The translations under genes and the position numbers were made by a program. From Candidatus Calditenuis fumarioli (GTDB lineage Archaea; Thermoproteota; Nitrososphaeria_A; Caldarchaeales; Calditenuaceae): a DNA stretch of 64,000 bases. The notes beneath the pieces are model-generated. The model was given only the letters and a program-made list of their open reading frames with translations, did no database searches and was not told where the DNA came from. Numbering within the stretch: position 1 is the stretch's first letter; every line of letters starts with the position of its first letter. The stretch is taken from positions 128,001 through 192,000 of the forward strand of contig JANVYR010000002.1 of assembly GCA_030059665.1 (NCBI GenBank), in the 5' to 3' direction. This document shows positions 9,074 through 19,135 of the stretch, piece by piece.

Positions 9074-10378
9074 TCACTCGTATTTCAACGCCCACACAGG
9101 GTCGATCCTGGAGGCCCTCCAGGCAGGGTAGACTCCGCTGGCGATCCCCACCAGCGCTCCTATCCCCACCGCGAGCGGCACCCACTCCGGCCTTATCGTG
9201 ACGGGCAGCGATACGCCAGAGAAGGGCCCCACCCTGAGGAAGAGCAGGCCGAACAGTATCCCGACCGGGACGGCGATGCTGGCCCCTATAGCTCCGATCA
9301 GCCCAGCCTCCGTCAGGAAGAGGTTCAGCACGTCCCTCTGCCTCGCACCTATCGCCCTCAGCACCCCGATCTCCTTGGTCCGCTCGGTGACGTTAACCAG
9401 CATGATGTTGGCTATCCCGATCGATCCCACCAGCAGCGCGAACGAACCTATCTGGAGGACGAAGCTCGCGAAGAGCTGGACCTGCTCCCTGATGAAGTTG
9501 GTCACCTCTCCGGCCGATATCGTGATGAACCCCATGTCCGGCGCGTCCCTACGTCTGAGCTTCTCCGCCTCCGACGACGTCTTGAAGTACTCCAGGACGG
9601 CCGACTTCACCTGATCGAACTCCGTCACCGAGCTGACCCGCACGCCCACCACCCTGAAGACCCTCACTGGCCCCGATCCCGGCACGGTCCTCCGCACGTC
9701 GTAGTAGTCGTCCAGGTTCAGGTATGCGGCGTTCTGGAAGACGAACGGTATCTCCTTCAGAACCCCCACTATCCTGACCTGAACGGACCTCCTGACGCCA
9801 CCCTGGACGAAGTTGAGCTCCACCGTCTTCCCGAGCACCTGGGCGACGTCCTCCTCGTTCCCGAGCTCCTTCGCGATCCTGCGGGCCACGTCGTACGTCA
9901 CCACGGTCTCCCTGCCGTTCCTGAAGGACCTTCCGTGGAGGAGCTGGTTCTCTGTGAAGGCGTTGGGCGATATCGCCACGATTCTGAACCCTCCCAACCC
10001 GCTCGATACCACCTTGCCCCTGAAGACTATCGGTGACGTGACGTCGGGCTGCAGGTCGCCGCTCGCGTAGACGTCCTTGACCCCCGGCATGCTCCTGACG
10101 TGGGCCAGGTCCCTCTCGGTGATCATGGGCGTCTGGTGGATGAAGAACCCCGATGCTCCGGTGCCGCTCCTGACCTCCCCAACGGCCACCGAGAAGGTGT
10201 CAGGCGCGAAGAGGTCCGTGAACCGGGAGATGAAGTACGTCTCGACGCTGGAGGACATCATGATGACGGTTATCACGGTGGCCACCCCGAAGACGATGCC
10301 GAGCGTCGTCAGCAGGCTCCTGAACTTGTGAACGGTGATGTTGGACCAGGCCAGCACCAGCATCTCCCGCGGCCTCAT
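9074..10378 (-). CDS. ABC transporter permease, MacB/FtsX-like
   Basis: Start MRPREMLVLAWSNI at 10378. RSLLTTLGIVFGVATV, an extracytoplasmic domain, then GIANIMLVNVTERTKEIGVLRAIGA and YPAWRASRIDP. No ATPase gene adjacent. Confidence 0.9.
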   Translation of the reverse strand: MRPREMLVLAWSNITVHKFRSLLTTLGIVFGVATVITVIMMSSSVETYFISRFTDLFAPDTFSVAVGEVRSGTGASGFFIHQTPMITERDLAHVRSMPGVKDVYASGDLQPDVTSPIVFRGKVVSSGLGGFRIVAISPNAFTENQLLHGRSFRNGRETVVTYDVARRIAKELGNEEDVAQVLGKTVELNFVQGGVRRSVQVRIVGVLKEIPFVFQNAAYLNLDDYYDVRRTVPGSGPVRVFRVVGVRVSSVTEFDQVKSAVLEYFKTSSEAEKLRRRDAPDMGFITISAGEVTNFIREQVQLFASFVLQIGSFALLVGSIGIANIMLVNVTERTKEIGVLRAIGARQRDVLNLFLTEAGLIGAIGASIAVPVGILFGLLFLRVGPFSGVSLPVTIRPEWVPLAVGIGALVGIASGVYPAWRASRIDPVWALKYE

Positions 10379-10484
10379 CCCTCGTCCATCCTCACCGGCT
10401 GCGCTTTTTGCGTTGGCCCCGCGACCGCCCCGAGGGCCCCGCCGCAGAGACGATCTAAAAATACCGCCTGGATGAGGGGAGGGC

Positions 10485-10670
10485 ATGCAGAGGGCCAGCG
10501 TACTGACGTTGCCGACCTGCACATCATGCAACAGGGTCATCTCGCCCGACGAGAAGGCCGTGAGGTTCCCGTGTCCGTCCTGCAACAGGATCACCATCTG
10601 GCGCTGCGAGATCTGCCGCGAGCTCTCGAGGACCTACGTCTGCAGCGTCTGCGGCTTCGAGGGGCCCTGA
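10485..10670 (+). CDS. Small Zn-finger protein, DUF1610 / HVO_2753-like
   Basis: 61 aa with CTSC...FPCPSC...WRCEIC...YVCSVCGFEGP, the characteristic four-CxxC pattern and GF.GP end. Confidence 0.85.
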   Translation: MQRASVLTLPTCTSCNRVISPDEKAVRFPCPSCNRITIWRCEICRELSRTYVCSVCGFEGP

Positions 10671-10790
10671 GCCATCCGGACCTGCGGGCCGACTGCGGCA
10701 TCCCCCCGAGGTGACATGGGTCTTACCCGGTGGCTTCGCGCTCCCTCAATCGGGCAATAGGTTTTTGCTCAGGGGCACGGAGCGAGGGTT

Positions 10791-11981
10791 ATGCGAGCGG
10801 ATCACGTCGAGGGGGCGCTGACGCTTGCGCTTTCGGTTCTCCTACTGCTGCCCCTCACGCTCTCCCCCGCCTTCTCCCAACCCTCCTATAACTGCGCGCT
10901 GGAGCCGAAGTCCGTCTCGGACGGCGTGGTCAGCTTCTCGGTGGAGGGAAAGGACGAGCGGTCGTGCGCCGGCGAGCTGGCCGGACCAGAGTTCAGCGGA
11001 GAGACGGAGACGGTCCTCGTAAAACTGACGGGTACCGATAGGGTCTCCGAGGGTTACGTGATCAGGATAAACGTGGAGGTCAGGCACGTCAGGTTCCTCG
11101 CCGCGAGGTACTTCGTCGGGTACGGCCCCGCGTCCGGTGGCATCTTCTCCTCCGTCGACGACGTCATAAGGGAGGGCGGCCGGAAGTCCATAACCTTCGA
11201 GCACTACGTCTCCTACGGCGAGCTGGAGGACCTCGTGGTGGTGGTGAGCAGCATCGCCTTCAGGGACACGCCGGCCGTCCTGAACTACTCCGTCTCGGTA
11301 TCGGCGGAGCCGAGGACCGACGCGCGGGAAATCGTGATCAGATCGAAGGAGGGCGGTTCCATCACGGTGACCAACGACAACTGGGGCGACGTGCCGGGCG
11401 ACTACAGGGCCCTGAGAGAGGGCGTACCGGGGTACCTCGCCACAAGGACACTCCAGCCGGGCAGCACGCTCGAGCTCCAGGGTTGGCTCTCGATGCGCCA
11501 GACAGATCGCGACAGGTCCACCTACAGGTTCAGCAGGGACCAGAGCGACGTCTACCTCCTCTCGGTGAAGCCGGTCCCGATGGCGAGGCTCAGGGTCACC
11601 GTGACGCCCGAGGACGAGAGCAGCAGGCTCTCCGTGACGCTCAGGACCAAGGACGGTTTCCCGATAAACAGCACCACCGGACCGCAGGGAGGGGCGGCAG
11701 TGGTCCAGATGGTCTACTCGGAGAGCTCGAGGGACGACAAGATCTTCGTCGAGGTGAACCTGATGGAGTCGAGGACCTTCCTCACGCGCTACTCCATGAA
11801 GGTCGAGGTGATCGAGCCTCCTCCGCCACCGGAGCTCAACCCGCAGGTCGTCGTGCCCATCCCTGAAAGCCAGGTGAGGTCGATCGTCATAGGCCTGACG
11901 CTGGTGATCCTCTCGGCGGTTGTGGTCTCCGCGATCGTTGGCCGTCGGAAGAGAAGCAGAGAGTACTACTGGTACTACTGA
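10791..11981 (+). CDS. Hypothetical secreted, C-terminally membrane-anchored protein
   Basis: N-terminal signal peptide, beta-rich body, PPPP linker, C-terminal TM helix and basic/aromatic tail (RRKRSREYYWYY). Confidence 0.7.
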   Translation: MRADHVEGALTLALSVLLLLPLTLSPAFSQPSYNCALEPKSVSDGVVSFSVEGKDERSCAGELAGPEFSGETETVLVKLTGTDRVSEGYVIRINVEVRHVRFLAARYFVGYGPASGGIFSSVDDVIREGGRKSITFEHYVSYGELEDLVVVVSSIAFRDTPAVLNYSVSVSAEPRTDAREIVIRSKEGGSITVTNDNWGDVPGDYRALREGVPGYLATRTLQPGSTLELQGWLSMRQTDRDRSTYRFSRDQSDVYLLSVKPVPMARLRVTVTPEDESSRLSVTLRTKDGFPINSTTGPQGGAAVVQMVYSESSRDDKIFVEVNLMESRTFLTRYSMKVEVIEPPPPPELNPQVVVPIPESQVRSIVIGLTLVILSAVVVSAIVGRRKRSREYYWYY

Positions 11982-12064
11982 GGTCGAGGCCTCTGGTGCG
12001 TGACCGGAGGTTCCCGCAAAGGGTGCGATACGGTTTTCTCTGACCCACGACTATCGGCTGCCGC

Positions 12065-13081
12065 ATGAAGGCCGTCGTCCTCAGCAGGACCGGGCCGCCG
12101 GAGGTCCTCGAATACAAGGAGGTGCAGGACCCGAGGCCGTCCAGCGGTGAGGCGGTGGTCAGGGTAGCAGCGGCCGGCGTGAACCGGATCGACGTCTGGA
12201 TCAGATCTGGCCTCTACCCGGTCAAGCTGCCCCACGTTCTGGGCGTGGACGTCGCGGGGACCGTCGAGGAGGACTCAACGGGCTCCTTCAGACCCGGCGA
12301 GAGGGTTCTGATCTACCCGAGCGTGGGATGCGGGACCTGCGAGCTCTGCGTCTCCGGGGAGGAGCAGATCTGCAGCAAGATGGTCAGGCTCGGCCAGCAC
12401 AGGTGGGGAGGGTACGCGGAGAAGGTCGTCTTCCCCTCGAGGGCCCTGGTCAGGGTTCCAGACGGAATCGAGCTGGAGGAGGCCGCCGCGATACCGGTCA
12501 ACTTCCTCACCGCCTGGGACGCGCTGGTCAGGGCCGCACGCATCGGTCCGAACGACAGGGTGCTGGTCGTCGGTGCCGGGAGCGGGATAGGGTACGCAGC
12601 GGTGCAGATCTGCAAGCTCTTCGGATCCACGGTGATCGCCACCGTCGGCAGCGACGAGAAGGTCGAGCAGGCCTACCGGATAGGCGCGGACCTCGTGATC
12701 AACCGGCGCAGGTCCGACGTGAGGGAGGAGGTGATGAGGTTCACGGGAGGGAGGGGAGTTGACGTGGTCTTCGAGCACGCCGGCAAGGACTTCTGGGACA
12801 CGGCCCTCTCCGTGCTGGGTGTGAAGGGCAGGCTCGTTACGATGGGTGCGACGACGGGCCAGAACGTCGGTATAGACATCAGGGCAGTGTACAACAAACG
12901 CCAGGCCATCCTCGGGGCCGGAATAGGTACCAAGGCGGACCTGATCAAGATCCTCGACCTCTTCGCCCGACGGAGGCTCAGGGCTCTGATCGACAGGACC
13001 TACAGGCTGAGCGATGCGGCGGAGGCCCACAGGAGGATGGAGGCTTCCGAGCACTTCGGGAAGATACTCCTGAAGCCCTGA
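12065..13081 (+). CDS. Zn-binding MDR family oxidoreductase (quinone reductase-like)
   Basis: PHVLGVDVAG, structural Zn site CGTCELC...C, GAGSGIG and HFGKILL. Confidence 0.9.
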   Translation: MKAVVLSRTGPPEVLEYKEVQDPRPSSGEAVVRVAAAGVNRIDVWIRSGLYPVKLPHVLGVDVAGTVEEDSTGSFRPGERVLIYPSVGCGTCELCVSGEEQICSKMVRLGQHRWGGYAEKVVFPSRALVRVPDGIELEEAAAIPVNFLTAWDALVRAARIGPNDRVLVVGAGSGIGYAAVQICKLFGSTVIATVGSDEKVEQAYRIGADLVINRRRSDVREEVMRFTGGRGVDVVFEHAGKDFWDTALSVLGVKGRLVTMGATTGQNVGIDIRAVYNKRQAILGAGIGTKADLIKILDLFARRRLRALIDRTYRLSDAAEAHRRMEASEHFGKILLKP

Positions 13082-13185
13082 GAGGCGCCGCTCTTCCCAC
13101 GGTTCCCGCAGACCTGCCTCCTATCTTTGCCGTTACCGGTGGATGAGGCTTAGCGTATATTGTCCGCTCCACGGGACGATGTCGG

Positions 13186-14184
13186 GTGGCAGAGGGTTTG
13201 CGGGGGACGGTCGCAGACGAGTCGGGTGCGGTTCCCAGCCTCAGGGAGGTTCTGCTCGCCGAGAAAGTGATCAGGAGGTACCTGCAGCCGACGCCGCTGG
13301 TCTCGTCGAGGCGGTTATCGAGGGAGATAGGGGCTGAGGTGCGCGTGAAGCTCGAGAACCTGAACCCCACCAACAGCTTCAAGGTCCGCGGCGGGATCTA
13401 CCTGATGAGCGTCCTCGCGGGTTCGGGCGTGAGGGGCGTCGTGACCGCGTCGATGGGCAACCACGCCCAGTCCATAGCCTACGCCGGATCCCTCTTCGGA
13501 GTCCCGGTGAAGGTGGTGATGCCCGGCTGGGTCTCGCGTGTGAAGGTCGAGGCCGTCGAGGAGCTCGGAGCCGAGGTGATCCTGAAGGGACAGTACTACG
13601 ACCAGTCCGCGGAGTACGCCGAGGAGCTCGCGAAAGAGCTGGGGTACCGTTACGTCCACGCCATCGAGGAGAGGCTGCTGCACGTAGGTGTGGCCACCAT
13701 GCACCTAGAGGTCCTCCGGGAGCTTCCCGAGGTCGAGGTGGTCATCAACCCGATCGGTGGGGGAACGGGTGCGATAGGCGCGGTGGCGGTCTACAAGAAC
13801 GCCGTGCCCGACGTCAGGATCTACGGCGTCCAGGCCGCAGGCGCGGACGCCTTCTACAGGTCCTTCAAAACCGGGGAGCTCGTGGACCTCCACGGCGTCA
13901 ACACGAGGGCCGAGGGCCTAGCTGTCGCGAGGTCCTATCCAACTCCGCTCAGGGCCCTGAGGGGGAGGCTCGAGGACGTGGTGGTCGTGACGGACGAGGA
14001 GATGGAGGAGGCGATGAGGAAATTGTACGCCTCGATCAGGCAGGTCTCCGAGCACGCCGGCGCAGCCGCCACCGCCGCAGCTTACAAGATCAAGGACAGG
14101 ATCCAGGGCAAAAGGGTGGTCCTGATGCTCACGGGTGGCAACGTCGCTCCCGAGGAGTTCGCACGGGTCCTCTCATCCGGCTGA
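13186..14184 (+). CDS. Threonine/serine dehydratase (PLP, fold type II)
   Basis: KLENLNPTNSFKVRGG, ASMGNHAQS, PIGGGTG and LTGGNV. Confidence 0.88.
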   Translation: MAEGLRGTVADESGAVPSLREVLLAEKVIRRYLQPTPLVSSRRLSREIGAEVRVKLENLNPTNSFKVRGGIYLMSVLAGSGVRGVVTASMGNHAQSIAYAGSLFGVPVKVVMPGWVSRVKVEAVEELGAEVILKGQYYDQSAEYAEELAKELGYRYVHAIEERLLHVGVATMHLEVLRELPEVEVVINPIGGGTGAIGAVAVYKNAVPDVRIYGVQAAGADAFYRSFKTGELVDLHGVNTRAEGLAVARSYPTPLRALRGRLEDVVVVTDEEMEEAMRKLYASIRQVSEHAGAAATAAAYKIKDRIQGKRVVLMLTGGNVAPEEFARVLSSG

Positions 14185-14290
14185 TACGGGACCGGGTGAG
14201 GGGTGGAGCCCATCGGCGCACCGTCATCTGGTCTTCCCCTTCCCGGACCTCAGGGATATCGGCTAAGCGCTGGCCAATGACGCATTACCG

Positions 14291-14695
14291 ATGGTCGAGC
14301 GGAGCAGGGACTGGATGGACCAGGCGGAGGGAGACCTCGAGCACGCCAAGCACGACCTGGCGGCGGGCTTCTACGACTGGGCCTGCTTCTCGGCCCAGCA
14401 GGCAGCTGAGAAGGCGGTTAAGGCCGTCTTCCAGCGCCTCGGCACAGAGGCCTGGGGCCAGTCGGTCTACGACCTGCTAGCCCGGTTGAGGGAGAGGTTC
14501 GAGGTCGATGAGAGCCTGCTGGACATGGCTCTGGAGCTGGACAAGGCCTACATACCCACCAGGTACCCGTACGCCCACCCGGCCTCGTCGCCGAGAAGGA
14601 GGTATACGAGGGGGGAGGCGGAGAGGTTGATCGGGTATGTGGAGCGGGTCCTCGGGTTCTGTAAGGGTCTCCTATCCGAGCTACACCAGGGATGA
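14291..14695 (+). CDS. HEPN domain protein, pair 2
   Basis: WACFSAQQAAEKAVKA, WGQSV and LDKAYIPTRYP. Confidence 0.9.
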   Translation: MVERSRDWMDQAEGDLEHAKHDLAAGFYDWACFSAQQAAEKAVKAVFQRLGTEAWGQSVYDLLARLRERFEVDESLLDMALELDKAYIPTRYPYAHPASSPRRRYTRGEAERLIGYVERVLGFCKGLLSELHQG

Positions 14696-14984
14696 GGTCA
14701 TCGCACGTCTCAGGGACGAGCTCGGAGCCCTCTCGGAGGAGCTCGGGATCGTCAGGGCCGTTCTCTTCGGGTCCTACGCTACCGGCAGGCACACTGCGGC
14801 GAGCGACATAGACCTGCTGGTGGTAGTCCGGCACGGGAACAGGGACGAGGTCTACAAAGCCTTGAGGAAGAAGGTGGACCTCAGGGGTCTGGAGCCCCAC
14901 GTGCTGACGCTCGAAGAGTACGAGGCGATGCGTGGGACCCTCTGGATCAGGACCGTCGAGAGGGAGGGTGTGGTTATCGTTTAG
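14637..14984 (+). CDS. Minimal nucleotidyltransferase (MNT), pair 2
   Basis: FGSYATGRHTAASDIDLLVVV. Overlaps the HEPN 3' end; start codon uncertain. Confidence 0.88.
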   Translation: MWSGSSGSVRVSYPSYTRDEVIARLRDELGALSEELGIVRAVLFGSYATGRHTAASDIDLLVVVRHGNRDEVYKALRKKVDLRGLEPHVLTLEEYEAMRGTLWIRTVEREGVVIV

Positions 14985-14987
14985 TCC

Positions 14988-15701
14988 TCAGGCCTTCTTG
15001 GCGCCCTTCCGCCTGTACTCGAAGCTCTCGCCGGGGTTCAGCACCACGACCTTCACGCCCTTCGCCTTGGCCCTCACCAACCTCTCGTACTGCTTCGGGT
15101 CCTGGCGTATCGCGTCGAAGGTGTTGTAGTGCATCGGGATGACCACCTTGGGTTTGATCAGCGCCGCGGCCACCGCAGCCTCCTGTGGACCCATCGTGAA
15201 GAGGCTCCCTATCGGCAGGAGCGCGACGTCCGGCTTGTACAGCTGGCCTATCAGCTTCATGTCACCGAAGAGCCCCGTGTCGCCCGCGTGGTAGACGGTC
15301 GCGTCGCTCCCGTGGATCACGACTCCCGATGGGTTGCCCGTGTGGACCGCGGGGACGAAGGTCAGCCTGAGGCCGTCGGCCGTGAAGGTCCCTCCTATGT
15401 TCGCGCCCATCGTCCTCTTGACGCCGTTCTGCTCGGCCTTCACCTTCAGCTCGTAGAGCGCCACGAAGAGCGCGTCGTTCCTCCTGCAGATCTCGAAGGC
15501 GTCACCGACGTGGTCGAAGTGGTCGTGCGTGACTATCACGACGTCCACCTTCCCCAGCTCGTCCAGCTTCACCGGGGCCGCGGGGTTGTTGGTGATGAAA
15601 GGATCGATCAGGACGTTCTTCCCGTCCACCTCGAGCTGCCACGCTGCGTGCCCAAGCCACTTGAGCCTGACCATACGTTCGATCGTTCCACAGGTCCGCA
15701 T
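14988..15701 (-). CDS. Metal-dependent hydrolase, MBL fold (UPF0173-like)
   Basis: WLGHA, THDHFDH (HxHxDH variant), YHAGDT and IPMHYNTF. Confidence 0.9.
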   Translation of the reverse strand: MRTCGTIERMVRLKWLGHAAWQLEVDGKNVLIDPFITNNPAAPVKLDELGKVDVVIVTHDHFDHVGDAFEICRRNDALFVALYELKVKAEQNGVKRTMGANIGGTFTADGLRLTFVPAVHTGNPSGVVIHGSDATVYHAGDTGLFGDMKLIGQLYKPDVALLPIGSLFTMGPQEAAVAAALIKPKVVIPMHYNTFDAIRQDPKQYERLVRAKAKGVKVVVLNPGESFEYRRKGAKKA

Positions 15702-15850
15702 ATAAGCACATCTCGGTCCCCTACCGGGTCGTATGCCGAGTTTCGGATGACGTGAGGAACCGGTGTAGGTGAAGTCTAAGCCTCGAGCGGGGTGAGCATG
15801 GGGTTCAGTCGCTCACATCACCAATTCAGGTTGATTAGCAGGTCCGGGAG

Positions 15851-16138
15851 TTGGGACGTGTGGAATTGGCAGGCAACGTCAGGGCCATCCTCCACCTCTT
15901 CGTCGAGTCGGGAAAGCTCGAGAGCGTCTGCGAGAAGCTCGCCAAATTGCCCCAAACTCTCGACGTCTACGAGGTGACGGGCGAGTACGACATCGTAGCT
16001 ATTGTGGCGGTCTCGAGCGTTAAGGAGCTGAGGGAATTCATCTCCAAGATCCTGCCCAGCGTGGAGGGCATCAAGAGCTCCGTGACGTCCGTCATACTCC
16101 ACGTCCACAAGAAGAACGGCGTGGAGACCTGGGAGTGA
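15851..16138 (+). CDS. Lrp/AsnC ligand-binding-domain protein
   Basis: VYEVTGEYDIVAIV pattern of the AsnC RAM domain, with no HTH. Confidence 0.85.
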   Translation: MGRVELAGNVRAILHLFVESGKLESVCEKLAKLPQTLDVYEVTGEYDIVAIVAVSSVKELREFISKILPSVEGIKSSVTSVILHVHKKNGVETWE

Positions 16139-16144
16139 GCTGCC

Positions 16145-18031
16145 TCAGGTCAGCTTCCTCAGCAGGATCACCCTTGCTGGGTGCTTGACCAGGACCGAGC
16201 GTATCCTCGCCTCCAGCGCGGACTCCTTCTCCAGCTCGCCCTTCTCGAACCTCCTTACCAGTAGGGCAACGAAATCGGAGTCGCCCCTCTCGACCTCCTG
16301 GTCCACCACCTCCTCGTACCTGCCAACCTTCACCTCGCAGCTGACCTCAAATCCTTTCGACGAGAGGATCTTGCGCGCCCTCCCGAGGTTCCTCTCGGCC
16401 TCGAGCCTCGCCTCCTCAACGCTCTCCTCCATCTCCGGGTCGATTATCGAGAGCAGCTTCAACGCGAACCGCTTGTCGAGCGAGTGGGCCAGTGCCTCCC
16501 CTACCGTCTCTGGGTCCTCATGTGGTCTCACCAGGACGGTCAAGCGCATGTTGTAGCCTGCGGGAAGGGCCAGGGACTGCTCCTCGACGCTGCTCACCGG
16601 CTTCTTCAGGAAGCGCTTCCTGTAGACGTAGTAGCCCAGCAGGCCAGCCGCCATCCACAACGTTCCCAGGAGACGACCAGCGCCGTGCAGCAGCAGGAAG
16701 AGCCCGAATATCACGGAGATCATGCCCAGGCCTATGAGGCCCAGCAACGGTATCTCGTAGACCCTGTCTCCGCGCCTCAGACGGAGGTTCGGCCTCAACT
16801 TCCAGGGCCTGTAGACGTGGGGCTCCTTGATCCTGAGCAGGATCAGCGAGACGAAGAGCATGATGTAGCTGAGGGAGCCGCCGAAGTTGTAGAGGCTGGC
16901 CAAGAAAGGTATGTCGCCTGGCAGGGTCATCAGGACCCCTATGACGCCGAATAGGAGTATGGCCCGGGTCGGCGTCCCGTAACGCCTGTGGATCGCGTAG
17001 AGCCACCTGGGCAGGAGACCGAGCCTGCCCATGCTCGCGGTAAGCCTCGTGACGCCTATCATCCCGGTGTTCGACGACGCTACCGTGATCACTATCGCGG
17101 TGAACGAGACCAGCACTGCCAAGCTCGGCCCCAGGAACCTGTAATGGCTCACCAGGGCCGCGATGGGGTTCTCTACCGCTGACGCGATGTTTTTCCACTC
17201 CGTGACGCCCAACGCTAGGGAGCTGAACGAAAGGACGTAGAGCGGCACCGCGATCGCGCAGAGCTTGGTGGTCCTCGGTATCCAGCGGTGCGGCCTTCTG
17301 GTCTCCTCCGCCGCTTGGGCTATCGACTCGACGCCTATGTACGACGCCATGGCTATCGTCAGCCCGTACAGGAAGTTGCTTTCAGGGACGCTGAGACCTG
17401 GGAGATAGGAAACTTCCTGCTGGGGCTCGGGGTTGCCGAAGGTCAGGAGCTGGGAGGCGAATTCGCCCGGGTCGAAGGTCGTCAGGTACCCCAATGACAG
17501 CAGCACGGACTGGACGATGAGGCCGAAGGCGACGATCCCCGCGATGACACCAGCGGAGTACTTGATGCCGATGTAGTTGATCGCAACCAGGAGCACGACT
17601 ATCGCGGCGGCTATGGCGCCTAAGCTTCCGACGGTTATGGGGCCTATGTGCAGGGCCAGGTCCCTGACCTGCGGGATCAGGAACTTGAAGTAACCCGCAG
17701 CGGCGGTAGCGAAGAGGGCCACGTCTATCACGTAGTCGAGCATGATCGCCCAGCCCGCGATGAAGCTCCCGAGGGTGTTCCAGGCCCTGAGGGAGTACAC
17801 GTGCACGCCACCAGAATAGGGATAGGCTGAAGCCAGCTCCGCGTAGGTGAGGCTGACCGTCACGTAAACGAGTGCGGTGATCGCGAAGGCTATCGGAGCG
17901 GCTCCGCCGGCGTAGAGGAACGCGATCCCAAGACCGATGAATATGTCGGCCCCCACGTCGCCGTATCCCATGGCGAAGGAGCTGAACCAGCCCACCTCCC
18001 GCTTATATCTCCCCTCACCGGGCTCCTCCAA
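16145..18031 (-). CDS. APC family amino acid permease with C-terminal USP-like domain
   Basis: GDVGADIF, YAELASAYPYSGG, YIGVESIAQAAEE, about 12 TM segments and a soluble alpha/beta C-terminal domain. Confidence 0.85.
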   Translation of the reverse strand: MEEPGEGRYKREVGWFSSFAMGYGDVGADIFIGLGIAFLYAGGAAPIAFAITALVYVTVSLTYAELASAYPYSGGVHVYSLRAWNTLGSFIAGWAIMLDYVIDVALFATAAAGYFKFLIPQVRDLALHIGPITVGSLGAIAAAIVVLLVAINYIGIKYSAGVIAGIVAFGLIVQSVLLSLGYLTTFDPGEFASQLLTFGNPEPQQEVSYLPGLSVPESNFLYGLTIAMASYIGVESIAQAAEETRRPHRWIPRTTKLCAIAVPLYVLSFSSLALGVTEWKNIASAVENPIAALVSHYRFLGPSLAVLVSFTAIVITVASSNTGMIGVTRLTASMGRLGLLPRWLYAIHRRYGTPTRAILLFGVIGVLMTLPGDIPFLASLYNFGGSLSYIMLFVSLILLRIKEPHVYRPWKLRPNLRLRRGDRVYEIPLLGLIGLGMISVIFGLFLLLHGAGRLLGTLWMAAGLLGYYVYRKRFLKKPVSSVEEQSLALPAGYNMRLTVLVRPHEDPETVGEALAHSLDKRFALKLLSIIDPEMEESVEEARLEAERNLGRARKILSSKGFEVSCEVKVGRYEEVVDQEVERGDSDFVALLVRRFEKGELEKESALEARIRSVLVKHPARVILLRKLT

Positions 18032-18412
18032 ACCGTTCCCATCGGCTGATAGGGATCCAAATAAAAGCGATCCCGGCGAGTTCCGGCAATTGTGGAAAAG
18101 CTAACGTGGTCCCTCAGGATACTGCCCGTCTCTCCGGCCGCCGCGTCGCCTCTCCTGTGGCTGGACCCCCAGCTTCCGCGTCCTCCCCGCCCGTTCCCGG
18201 AACAGTGCACGCGCTTTCCGTTTTCACCCGCATCGCTCCTGTGGACGTCGCTACGTTCGGGCACATCCTTATTGCTTGGCGTCTCGGCGGGTTACACGCG
18301 ATGGCCGGTGGTGTAGTTCCAGCTGGGCGTAGCACTGAAGGCGAGCTCCCTGGGGGCTTCTGAGGGGGAGAAGCTGCGGACCGCTCTGCGCTTCTACGAT
18401 CTATCCGCGGAG

Positions 18413-19135
18413 TTGGGCCTGAACTACTTTGTTCTGGACTCGGAGAGGGTTCGGGACGACCTGAGCCTTTCCTCGCTGGACGAATTGGCGAAGAGGGCTG
18501 ACGAGTCCTCGGGACCGCGCGTCGTCATCACCGTCCCCGTCAGGAGGAGCGACTTCCCCGAGAGGCTGGAGGGCACGATGCGCATCCTCTCCCGGAGGGA
18601 CCGGGCATCGATCTGCCTCGTCGCCGGCAACCCGGCCTACCTGACCGAGGAGGAGCGGAGCAGGTCTGCACCGAGGCTGCTCTCCCTCGCGGCCGGGAGG
18701 GTCCTCCGCGAGCTCGGCAAACGGATCGACGTCTTCGTCGGCACCGAGAGGGTGGAGGGAACAGTGGAGAGGCTGTGCAAAGAGCTGGACGTTGTGCCGT
18801 TCCTCCTCCTCGACCTCCACCCGCCGGAGCTCCTGGAACGGTTCAGGCCCAACGGCAACCGTCTGGCGGTCTACGTCCCCTTCGCGCTCGGCCCCCTGTC
18901 TGAGGCGCTCCCCGCCCTCCTCCCCTACGTCAAGCGGCGCATGATGGTCAGGCATCTAACCGGCGACCCCTCGGACCACGTGGAGCGGTTCTGCGTCGTC
19001 GGTGACCCGGAACGCGTCGCCTCGAGGCTCAGGTCGCTGACCGAGCGTTACGACGTCATCGTGGGCTATCCGGCCCTGCTCGACCCAGCTCAGCTCAGGT
19101 TCTGGGCGCTCGTCAATCACGCCACGGGATTCTGA
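18413..19135 (+). CDS. Hypothetical protein, weakly luciferase-like (LLM) TIM barrel
   Basis: The reading frame is open upstream to about 18317, so the start is uncertain. C-terminal FCVVGDPERVASRLRSL resembles the LLM/Mer-family tail. Confidence 0.4.
   Translation: MGLNYFVLDSERVRDDLSLSSLDELAKRADESSGPRVVITVPVRRSDFPERLEGTMRILSRRDRASICLVAGNPAYLTEEERSRSAPRLLSLAAGRVLRELGKRIDVFVGTERVEGTVERLCKELDVVPFLLLDLHPPELLERFRPNGNRLAVYVPFALGPLSEALPALLPYVKRRMMVRHLTGDPSDHVERFCVVGDPERVASRLRSLTERYDVIVGYPALLDPAQLRFWALVNHATGF

Noticed and set aside
9074-10378. Orphan MacB-like permease as a novel system
   Set aside because: Split ABC components are common, and the ATPase is probably encoded elsewhere.
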